Source: Deltaproteobacteria bacterium (GTDB lineage: Bacteria > Desulfobacterota > Dissulfuribacteria > Dissulfuribacterales > UBA3076). From it: a stretch of 64,000 nt of DNA. Shown in pieces: positions 17,569-25,647 of the stretch (positions within the stretch are counted from its first letter, which is position 1; each line of letters opens with the position of its first letter). The stretch is taken from the NCBI GenBank assembly GCA_003194485.1, contig PQXD01000003.1, positions 33,067-97,066 of the forward strand. Reading direction: 5' to 3'. Below the pieces are notes generated by a model. It was given only the letters and a program-made list of their open reading frames with translations. It was not told the DNA's origin and did not search any database. Both the position numbers and the translations under genes were made by a program.

Positions 17569-18792
17569 TTAAATCTTGAACCATGACTTCATGCGAAGGG
17601 TTACCCGATTGAATATGTTTCCATCCCTTATCCGGAATTTCTTTCTGGGTTGACTTTCCATGCCGAAGAGCACAAGACCCACGGCAGTAGCGAACATGGG
17701 TCCGTTGACCACGTCCACCAGGCCGGAGATCCGTTGCGGAAAACCGATTCTCGTCGGCAACTGGAATACCTGGTCTGCGATCTCGGCAATTCCGGGCAGC
17801 AGGGCAGAGCCTCCGGTTATAACAACTCCTCCGGCCAATAGTTCTTTAAGTCCCGTCCGTTCCATTTCCTGGTCAATCAGTGTAAAAATCTCCTCCACCC
17901 TGGGCTCAAGTATCTCAGACAATATGTGTCTGGACAGAAGCCTGGGTTTGCGCCCTCCCACACTGGGGACTTCTATCATCTGGTCTTTATCCACAAGGGA
18001 ACTGAGGCAACTGCCGTGACGTGTCTTTATTTGTTCGGCCTCCTTGACAGGCGTCCTTAACCCGACTGCTATGTCATTAGTAAGGTTGTTACCGCCAAGT
18101 CCCAGCACCGCCGTGTGTTTTATTGCACCATCAGTAAACAGGGCAAGATCCGTGGTGCCGCCCCCGAAGTCCACAAGGGCCACCCCGAGGTCCTTTTCTT
18201 CCTGGGTTAGGACGGCCTCGGCCGAGGCAAGGGGCTGAAAAACTATGTCAACTACATCGAGTCCCGCCCTGTTTGCGCACTTGATAAGGTTCTGGGCAGC
18301 CGTAACCGCTCCTGTTACTATATGTACCTTGGCTTCCAGCCTTACCCCGGTCATACCGACAGGATCCAGGATCCCTCTCTGCTCATCCACCATATACTCT
18401 TGAGGCAGAATATGAATAACCTCCCTGTCGAGGGGTATGGCCACCGCCCTTGCCGCATCTATGACCCTGTCAACGTCCTCCTGGGAGACCTCCTGGCCCT
18501 TTACAGCTATCACCCCATGGCTATTGAAGCCTTTTATATGGCCGCCGGCAATGCCGATTAACACAGAGCCTATCTCGCACCCGGCCATGAGCTCCGCCTC
18601 TTCCATAGCCCTCCGTATGGAATCAACGGTGTTGTCTATATTGACAACCACTCCCTTCCGGAGACCTACGGAAGGGTGAGTTCCCACGCCTATAATATCA
18701 GCACCCTTACTGTTGAATTCACTCACTACCGCACATATTTTAGTGGTGCCGATATCCAGACCGACGATTATGTCACCCGGCCTCTCGACCAT
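17569..18792 (-). CDS. ftsA: cell division protein FtsA
   Basis: Actin-like ATPase fold (VGLDIGTTKICAVV, DFGGGTTD) in dcw synteny. Confidence 0.93.
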   Translation of the reverse strand: MVERPGDIIVGLDIGTTKICAVVSEFNSKGADIIGVGTHPSVGLRKGVVVNIDNTVDSIRRAMEEAELMAGCEIGSVLIGIAGGHIKGFNSHGVIAVKGQEVSQEDVDRVIDAARAVAIPLDREVIHILPQEYMVDEQRGILDPVGMTGVRLEAKVHIVTGAVTAAQNLIKCANRAGLDVVDIVFQPLASAEAVLTQEEKDLGVALVDFGGGTTDLALFTDGAIKHTAVLGLGGNNLTNDIAVGLRTPVKEAEQIKTRHGSCLSSLVDKDQMIEVPSVGGRKPRLLSRHILSEILEPRVEEIFTLIDQEMERTGLKELLAGGVVITGGSALLPGIAEIADQVFQLPTRIGFPQRISGLVDVVNGPMFATAVGLVLFGMESQPRKKFRIRDGNIFNRVTLRMKSWFKI

Positions 18793-18800
18793 TTCCTCTC

Positions 18801-19655
18801 CTAATCTTTCAGACTGACCAGGGCCTGACCGGGACCGTAGTCCAGTTCAACTTTAGCCACTTTTTTATATTTTCCTGAACTATAAAGTTGATACAGGACT
18901 TTTTCCGCCTTACTGAACTGAGAGTTGAGGTCTTCAGTATCAAAGTGAAAAGGAATACCGCTGTCAGCCGTATAGAGTATTAAGGTGTCTTTTCCGGCTA
19001 TGTGTATCTGGCTTATGTTATTGACACCCAGAGTTCTTGTACCTCTGCCTGCCATGGATATTAATTCCAGGGCCTTTTGGATCTGGTGATCTGGTGATTC
19101 GGTGATCTGGTGATTCTCTGTGTACTTCGGATCAATTCCTGTGATGATGGGAAGAGATACGGGCTCTTCCGCAGAAAGTAGTTCATCGATAATCTTACCC
19201 TGCTCATCAATCAAATAGATCTTGTCAGAATTCAATAGGGCTACCGGAGTGCGTTCTTTGATCGTGATCATCAAGTGGTCCGGCAGCTCTCTCTCAACTT
19301 CAACGGCATTGACCCAGGGATGCGCCTCTATGTTCGTTGCGATTGATTCCAGATCGAGAGACATGAGATTGTCCCGGGCGGTTACACCGCTGATCTGCAA
19401 AACCTCCTCTTCTGTGAGATGATTGCAGCCTTTCACCAGGACCTGGCCGACCCTGAAAAGTTCAGACCGACATACCCAATGCCAACACACAAAAAGGCCG
19501 GCAAGAACCAGGCATGCCGAGGCCATGGCGATCAACATTTTGGGATGGATAGACCACGATACCGGAAATATCAGACTGGTCCACGGGCCTGATCCATGCA
19601 TTGAAGACCTGAATTCTGTGGACGTCCTTCTGATCTTCATGTCTCCATACCCCAA
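18801..19655 (-). CDS. ftsQ: cell division protein FtsQ
   Basis: Single TM segment plus POTRA/FtsQ domains, positioned between murB and ftsA. It contains an in-frame octamer array (19081-19116). Confidence 0.8.
   Translation of the reverse strand: MGYGDMKIRRTSTEFRSSMHGSGPWTSLIFPVSWSIHPKMLIAMASACLVLAGLFVCWHWVCRSELFRVGQVLVKGCNHLTEEEVLQISGVTARDNLMSLDLESIATNIEAHPWVNAVEVERELPDHLMITIKERTPVALLNSDKIYLIDEQGKIIDELLSAEEPVSLPIITGIDPKYTENHQITESPDHQIQKALELISMAGRGTRTLGVNNISQIHIAGKDTLILYTADSGIPFHFDTEDLNSQFSKAEKVLYQLYSSGKYKKVAKVELDYGPGQALVSLKD
19081..19116. repeat. tandem octamer array (ATCTGGTG x4, one variant ATTCGGTG) inside ftsQ
   Basis: ATCTGGTGATCTGGTGATTCGGTGATCTGGTGATTC is read directly. It encodes ..NHQITESPDHQI.. 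Confidence 0.9.
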
Positions 19656-20542
19656 ACAGACACCTCCGGGACAAGTTTAATGCCAGTCTCTTTTTGTACG
19701 CGCTCCCTGATGATTTTTAGCAGATCCACTACCTGTAGAGCACTGGCTTTTCCGCAGTTCACAATAAAGTTTGCATGCCTTTTGGATATCTCGGCATCAC
19801 CGATTCTAAGACCCTTGAGTCCGCACCGGTCTATGAGCCTTCCTGCTGAATCTCCCGGGGGATTTCTGAAAATACACCCTGCACTCGGTTCTCCTGCAGG
19901 CTGGGTGGCCCTCCGTTTGAGCATCACCCTTTTGACACGGCGCCTGATCCGATCGGGATCGGCTTTGCAGAGTTGAATCCTTGCGGCAGAGATAAGGGCC
20001 CTGTCCGGAAGCCTTAAGGACCTGTAATCAAATTGCAGTCTATCTCTCCGGAGCCAGCAACTCCCATCAGGGCCTGTAAATTGTACAGCTTCTATTGCTT
20101 CTGACATGGAAAACTTGTTAGTGCCTGCGTTCATGGCTATGGCCCCCCCTATACTTGCCGGAATACCCGAAAGATTCTCAAGGCCGGACAGGCCGTTGCG
20201 TATGGACCAGGAAACAAAGGAATCCAGCCTGCATCCTGCCCCTACGGACACTGTTTTAAGGAAATGGCCACGGGGGGAGGAATGGATACTGTTCAAAGCT
20301 GCAAGGCTCATGACTATCTTCACGCCTTTATCGCTGATCAACAGGTTGCTTCCCCGGCCCAGCACCTTATAGGGTATGGAGCGATTACTGAGGTAAGAAA
20401 TAGTCTGCTCAAGGGCCTTCAAACTGCCCGGAACCAGGAACAGATGCGCGGGCCCGCCTATCCGGAAGCTTGTAAGTGGTAAAAGAGGAACATCCTCACG
20501 TACCTGGAGATCTCTTATTTTTTTCAGATCCTCAGAAAGCAA
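19637..20542 (-). CDS. murB: UDP-N-acetylenolpyruvoylglucosamine reductase
   Basis: FAD-binding MurB pattern (LTSFRIGGPA, GRGSNLL) in dcw synteny. Confidence 0.9.
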   Translation of the reverse strand: MLSEDLKKIRDLQVREDVPLLPLTSFRIGGPAHLFLVPGSLKALEQTISYLSNRSIPYKVLGRGSNLLISDKGVKIVMSLAALNSIHSSPRGHFLKTVSVGAGCRLDSFVSWSIRNGLSGLENLSGIPASIGGAIAMNAGTNKFSMSEAIEAVQFTGPDGSCWLRRDRLQFDYRSLRLPDRALISAARIQLCKADPDRIRRRVKRVMLKRRATQPAGEPSAGCIFRNPPGDSAGRLIDRCGLKGLRIGDAEISKRHANFIVNCGKASALQVVDLLKIIRERVQKETGIKLVPEVSVWGMET

Positions 20543-21926
20543 TCGCTGGCTCCTTTGTCTTAAGCATGTCCAGAATTTTCGTTCCTATACGGCCTATAGT
20601 GCCGGCACCGAGTGTTATGACCACGTCATCCTCCTGGAGACTTGATATAATTGCCCCGGGAAGGTCCCCGCAGGACTCCACATAATGCACCTGCCTGCCC
20701 TGTTTATCCCTGATATTTCTGGCCAGACGTCTTCCACTGACTCCGACTATGGGGGTTTCGCCGGCTGGATAGATCTCTGTCAGCCACAGTTCATCAGCCT
20801 CCCCAAAGGCCGTGGTGAAATCGTCCATTAACATCCGGGTCCTGCTGTACCGGTGGGGTTCAAAAAGAACCACGAACCGGCGTTCAGGCCAACATGTCCT
20901 GGCAGCCGCGAGTGTGGCCAGTATCTCAGTAGGGTGGTGCGCATAATCATCCACTATTGTTATCCCTTCTGCCTCACCCAGTATCTCAAATCGTCTGCCT
21001 ACACCTTCATATGACATGAGACCGGTCCGGATCTTGTGAAAGGGTATCTCAAGTTCAAGGCCCAGGGCCATTGCAGCCAGGGAATTTCTTACATGGTGCA
21101 GCCCCGGGACCTTGAGTTGTATCCTGCCGAGTTCGGCGTTCTGCCACCAGGCCCTGAAGGATGCTCCCAGGCCTTCGAAGTGTATGTCTCTGGCCTGCAG
21201 ATCAGACTCGGGTCCTGTCCCGTAAGTCATTACCCGTTTTTTTACTGCCGGGAGCATCTCTCTGAGGCGGGGGTCATCTCCGCAGAGTATGGCAAGGCCA
21301 TAGAAAGGGATTTTGTCTATGAAGTCCAGAAAACACCGGATTATGGCATTCATGTCTGCATAATAGTCCAGGTGCTCTCTGTCTATATTGGTTACCACGG
21401 CTATGCTTGGCGTAAGGCGCAGGAAACTCCCGTCACTCTCATCGGCTTCTGCTATCAGGAACTCGCCCTGTCCCCAACAGGCATTGCTTCCAATACCATT
21501 CACCTTTCCCCCTATGATGACCGTCGGATCAAGGCCGGCTGCGCGAAGCACAGAAGAGATCATAGAGGTCGTGCTGGTCTTTCCGTGAGCACCGGCCACT
21601 GCTATGCCGAACTTCTTGAGCCGCATCAATTCCGCAAGCATTTCAGCCCTCGGTATGACAGGAATTTGAGAGGAATAGGCCTCCTGGACTTCGGGGTTGC
21701 TTTCCCTGACGGCAGAAGAAATCACCACTACATCGGCTCCCTGAATATTTTCAGGGGCATGACCCTTATAGATTATGCCCCCCAGCTTATTGAGACACCT
21801 GGTGATTTCAGTCTCACATAAATCAGAACCTGTGATTGTATATCCAAGATTGAGAAGGACCCTTGCAAGTCCGCTCATGCCTATTCCGCCGATTCCCACA
21901 AAATGAATATGCTGTTTTTTATACAT
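20532..21926 (-). CDS. murC: UDP-N-acetylmuramate--L-alanine ligase
   Basis: IHFVGIGGIGMSGLA and the P-loop GAHGKTSTT. Confidence 0.93.
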   Translation of the reverse strand: MYKKQHIHFVGIGGIGMSGLARVLLNLGYTITGSDLCETEITRCLNKLGGIIYKGHAPENIQGADVVVISSAVRESNPEVQEAYSSQIPVIPRAEMLAELMRLKKFGIAVAGAHGKTSTTSMISSVLRAAGLDPTVIIGGKVNGIGSNACWGQGEFLIAEADESDGSFLRLTPSIAVVTNIDREHLDYYADMNAIIRCFLDFIDKIPFYGLAILCGDDPRLREMLPAVKKRVMTYGTGPESDLQARDIHFEGLGASFRAWWQNAELGRIQLKVPGLHHVRNSLAAMALGLELEIPFHKIRTGLMSYEGVGRRFEILGEAEGITIVDDYAHHPTEILATLAAARTCWPERRFVVLFEPHRYSRTRMLMDDFTTAFGEADELWLTEIYPAGETPIVGVSGRRLARNIRDKQGRQVHYVESCGDLPGAIISSLQEDDVVITLGAGTIGRIGTKILDMLKTKEPAIAF

Positions 21927-23115
21927 GACTATGCAGTGTAGAATCTTTCAATGAATTATTCCCTGCTTCAGAACATGAAAGACTATGGCAGGCCATCTTT
22001 ATCAGCGTGGCGGCTATTTCTGCGGCTGCCATGGGTCTTCCGAGTTTTCGAGCATTTTTCCCCATATTAGCGAGTTTTTCAGGATCCTCAAGCAAGGACT
22101 GTATCTCTCCTGCCAGTTTGACAGCACCTATTTCTCCCTCCCGGAAATATTTTGCAGCCCCGGCCACAGACAGTTCTCTGGCATTGGCCTCTTGATGCAT
22201 ATCTGTTGCCGATGGATAGGGAATCAGTATAGAGGGCCTTCCAAGGGCTGTGACCTCGGCCAGCGTACCTGCACCGGCCCGGCAGATAACCAGATCCGCC
22301 CAGGAATAGGATTCACCAATATCGGATATAAATGGAGTCACTCTGGCCGGAATGTCTGCGTCCTTGTAAAATTTCTCAATATCCGGCACATCCAGCTTAC
22401 CGGTTTGGTGGATAATTTCCACATGAAAACCGGATTGCCACAAGACCTGAATGGCCGAACAGACAAGCCGGTTCAGGCATCTGGCACCCTGACTTCCCCC
22501 CAGCACCAGGAGCCTGGAATCTGGTGATCTGGTGATCTGGTGATCTGGTGATTGAATAATGTCTTTCCGTATGGGATTTCCGGTGAAAATTACCCTGTTT
22601 TTTGGAAAGTATCTGGCAGTTTCCTTGAAGCTCACAAACACGGTCTTTGCAAATCTTGAGGCCAGACGGTTCGTGAGCCCGGGGATGAGATTCTGTTCAT
22701 GGATGGCAACGGATACCCGCAATATTCTTGCTGCAAGCAGCACGGGCCCGGAGACATATCCCCCTACACCCAATACCACATGAGGCCTGAATGATTTAAG
22801 CCACAAAAAGGCCCTGGCAGCGGAGGAGGGAAGCCCGGCCAGAGAGCATATGGTTCCTGCAAGGCCTGAGCCCCTGAGAGGTCTTGTACTCAGGATGCGA
22901 TAATCCCATTGACGCCCTGAGAGTGCATCTTTTTCCACCGGACGGCCCGTGCCTATCCACAAGACATCCACATGACCGTATATTTCCATGGCTTCAGCCA
23001 CGGCTATTCCCGGAAACACATGTCCTCCCGTACCACCACCGGCTACGACCAATTTGGTGGTTTGGTGATCCGGGTTGCGGATTACGGATTGCGGATTGCG
23101 GATTGCGATGTCCAT
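21919..23115 (-). CDS. murG: undecaprenyldiphospho-muramoylpentapeptide beta-N-acetylglucosaminyltransferase MurG
   Basis: VVAGGGTGGHVFPG and GGSQGA motifs. The ATG lies 4 nt after the murD stop. The gene carries two in-frame repeat arrays. Confidence 0.9.
   Translation of the reverse strand: MDIAIRNPQSVIRNPDHQTTKLVVAGGGTGGHVFPGIAVAEAMEIYGHVDVLWIGTGRPVEKDALSGRQWDYRILSTRPLRGSGLAGTICSLAGLPSSAARAFLWLKSFRPHVVLGVGGYVSGPVLLAARILRVSVAIHEQNLIPGLTNRLASRFAKTVFVSFKETARYFPKNRVIFTGNPIRKDIIQSPDHQITRSPDSRLLVLGGSQGARCLNRLVCSAIQVLWQSGFHVEIIHQTGKLDVPDIEKFYKDADIPARVTPFISDIGESYSWADLVICRAGAGTLAEVTALGRPSILIPYPSATDMHQEANARELSVAGAAKYFREGEIGAVKLAGEIQSLLEDPEKLANMGKNARKLGRPMAAAEIAATLIKMACHSLSCSEAGNNSLKDSTLHSHV
22519..22553. 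repeat. tandem octamer array (ATCTGGTG x4) inside murG
   Basis: The unit is the same as in ftsQ. It encodes IIQSPDHQITRSPDS at the inter-domain linker just before LVLGGSQGA. Confidence 0.9.
23072..23106. repeat. tandem heptamer array (GGATTGC-type x5) at the murG 5' end
   Basis: GGGTTGC GGATTAC GGATTGC GGATTGC GGATTGC encodes IAIRNPQSVIRNP immediately after the ATG. Confidence 0.9.
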
Positions 23116-23119
23116 TTAT

Positions 23120-24529
23120 TCAATCACCCAGTTCCAGGACTGCCTTCTGAAAGGCCATGCCCCGTTCTTCATAGTTCCTGAACATATCAAAGCTGGAACA
23201 GGCCGGGGAAAGGAGTACGGCATCACCCGGCTCGGCCAGGGACATAGCCTCTCTTACGGCTTTCTCCATGGTCTTTTTGCCGTCTTTTGTTCCGCGCACT
23301 TCGATAACCGGTATTACCTTGCTCAGGACCCTTTCAAATGCCCCGGCCTCCTCTCCCATGACAACCGCGCTGCGAATGCGTCCCCCTTTTGCAGTTTCTG
23401 CCAGTGATGAGTAATCTTCACCCTTGCCGCGGCCGCCGGCAATCAGCACTATTGGCTGCCCTATGGATTTAAGGGCACAGAGTACGGATGCCATATTGGT
23501 GGCCTTGGAGTCGTCATAATAGTCTATGCCTCCATATTGGGCCACCCACTGAAGCCTGTGGGGCGCGGCTTTGAAGCTGCGGACAACAGACTGCACGGCA
23601 CCTGCACCTGCACCTGCCAGACGTGAAATAAGTATGGCGCAAGCCAGGTTTTGAGCGTTGTGCAGGCCCTTCAGTGACCAGCCTTCCAGATCATATTCCT
23701 CACATTTATTATCATGCCACATGACGTTGATCTTTTTCAGGGATGTGTCCAGCACTGCTCCGGGAACCCCGGGGCGCAGTCCTCCGAAGCAGAGCCTTCT
23801 GGCACGCCCTCTGTTCTTCCACTTTTCCAGTTCCTTGTCGTCCATATTGCGGATGGCCCAATCTTCAGGCCACTGGAAATCGTATATTACTGCCTTGCTC
23901 TCTCCGTAACTTCTGATGTCCCGGTAGCGGTCAAGGTGATCCGGGGCAAGATTGAGCCATGCCGCTATCCTGAACCTTGGAGGACGGAAGGGGAAGTATT
24001 TGACCCTGGGGAAGTAATCCAACTGGAAGCTGCTGATTTCAAGAACCGCAATAGTTTCACCGGTGTGTCTTTCAATGAACATAGATAATGGCTGCCCGAT
24101 GTTCCCTGCCTTTACATGAGGCACACCGGCCTTTTCTAACATCTCATCCACGAGCATCGTGGTAGTGGTTTTCCCGTTTGTGCCGGTTATGCCGATTAAA
24201 GGCCCCTTCCAAAAAGATGCCGCAAGGGCCAGCTCCCCGACCACAGGTATATTGGACCTGCGTGCGGCCTCAAGGGCAGGGGTTTCATGCGGAACACCCG
24301 GGCTGACCACAATCAGATCGGATGAGAGGCAGGTCTCCACCTCATGTCTTTTCGTCTCCACCCTAACGCCGTTTTCGTCACACCAGTCTGCCAGTCCCTC
24401 GGGCCACCTGTCCAGTGGATTCAAGTCGCTGCACGTGACTTGCGCCCCCTGGGAGACGATCCATCCGGCAGCCGCCTGTCCGGATACACCCATGCCCAGT
24501 ACTGTTACTTTCCTGCCTTTCAGTTCCAC
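23120..24529 (-). CDS. murD: UDP-N-acetylmuramoylalanine--D-glutamate ligase
   Basis: VLGMGVSGQAAA Rossmann N-terminus and the P-loop GITGTNGKTTTT. Confidence 0.93.
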   Translation of the reverse strand: MELKGRKVTVLGMGVSGQAAAGWIVSQGAQVTCSDLNPLDRWPEGLADWCDENGVRVETKRHEVETCLSSDLIVVSPGVPHETPALEAARRSNIPVVGELALAASFWKGPLIGITGTNGKTTTTMLVDEMLEKAGVPHVKAGNIGQPLSMFIERHTGETIAVLEISSFQLDYFPRVKYFPFRPPRFRIAAWLNLAPDHLDRYRDIRSYGESKAVIYDFQWPEDWAIRNMDDKELEKWKNRGRARRLCFGGLRPGVPGAVLDTSLKKINVMWHDNKCEEYDLEGWSLKGLHNAQNLACAILISRLAGAGAGAVQSVVRSFKAAPHRLQWVAQYGGIDYYDDSKATNMASVLCALKSIGQPIVLIAGGRGKGEDYSSLAETAKGGRIRSAVVMGEEAGAFERVLSKVIPVIEVRGTKDGKKTMEKAVREAMSLAEPGDAVLLSPACSSFDMFRNYEERGMAFQKAVLELGD

Positions 24530-24564
24530 TCAATCACCAAATATTTACTCACCAAATCCCTTTC

Positions 24565-25644
24565 CTATCTCAACTTGAGAGTGCTGACTGCAACCAGCCC
24601 CAGCAATATGGAAATTATCCAGAACCTCACGATGACCTTTGGCTCTTTCCATCCCTTAAGCTCAAAGTGATGATGGACAGGTGCCATACGGAAGATCCTC
24701 CTGCCTCCTGTTGCCTTGAAGTAGAAGACCTGAAGAATTACGGATAATGCCTCAGCTACAAAGACTCCGCCCACAATTACAAGCAGCATCTCCTGCTTCG
24801 AAAGTACGGCCACTGTCCCAAGGGCGCCGCCTGCGGCAAGGGAACCTGCATCTCCCATGAAGATCTCTGCAGGATATGTATTATACCAGAGGAAACCCAG
24901 GCCCGCTCCTACCATGGCGCCACAAAACACTGCAAGCTCTCCTGCGCCGGGGACAGAAGGAATCCTGAGGTACTGGGCAATAGTCGAGTGGCCGGCCAGG
25001 TATGTAAACAAGGTATAGACCGCTGCGGCCACTATGAAGGGGCCGGCAGCCAGCCCGTCCAGCCCGTCGGTCAGATTTACGGCATTAGAGGCCCCGACGA
25101 TCACAAGCAGGGCAAAAAGACCATACATGATTCCGAGATCGGGCCGGAAGTTCTTAAAAAAAGGGATGCTGAGATGTGTGTCCCACTTCCCATGTGCAGC
25201 GATTATCCATGCAGCCAAAAATACAAAGACTGCCTGGCCAAGAAGTTTCCATCTGCCCGGCAGCCCAACACTGTTCTTTTTTCTGATCTTCAGCAGGTCG
25301 TCTGCAAGGCCTATTGCGCCGTAACCGACAAGAATCAAAAGGCTTATCCACACGTAAAGATTACCGAGGTCCGCCCACAGGAGCGTAGCGATCACGATGG
25401 ACCCGACGATCAATATACCCCCCATGCTCGGTGTACCGGCCTTTGCACGATGTCTTGCCGGTCCGTCGTCCCTGATGATCTGCCCCATCTGCATTGCACG
25501 CATACGTCTTATGAACCAGGGGCCGAGGAACAATATTATCGAAAGGGCAGTAACAGCCGAATATATCGTCCTGAACGTAATATAACGAAAGACGTTGAAT
25601 ACGGGCCACAAATCGTGGAGAGGATACAGCAGATGAAAGAACAT
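24565..25644 (-). CDS. mraY: phospho-N-acetylmuramoyl-pentapeptide transferase
   Basis: Polytopic membrane protein with [13 protein letters not shown] and [11 protein letters not shown] motifs. Confidence 0.95.
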   Translation of the reverse strand: MFFHLLYPLHDLWPVFNVFRYITFRTIYSAVTALSIILFLGPWFIRRMRAMQMGQIIRDDGPARHRAKAGTPSMGGILIVGSIVIATLLWADLGNLYVWISLLILVGYGAIGLADDLLKIRKKNSVGLPGRWKLLGQAVFVFLAAWIIAAHGKWDTHLSIPFFKNFRPDLGIMYGLFALLVIVGASNAVNLTDGLDGLAAGPFIVAAAVYTLFTYLAGHSTIAQYLRIPSVPGAGELAVFCGAMVGAGLGFLWYNTYPAEIFMGDAGSLAAGGALGTVAVLSKQEMLLVIVGGVFVAEALSVILQVFYFKATGGRRIFRMAPVHHHFELKGWKEPKVIVRFWIISILLGLVAVSTLKLR

Positions 25645-25647
25645 AAC

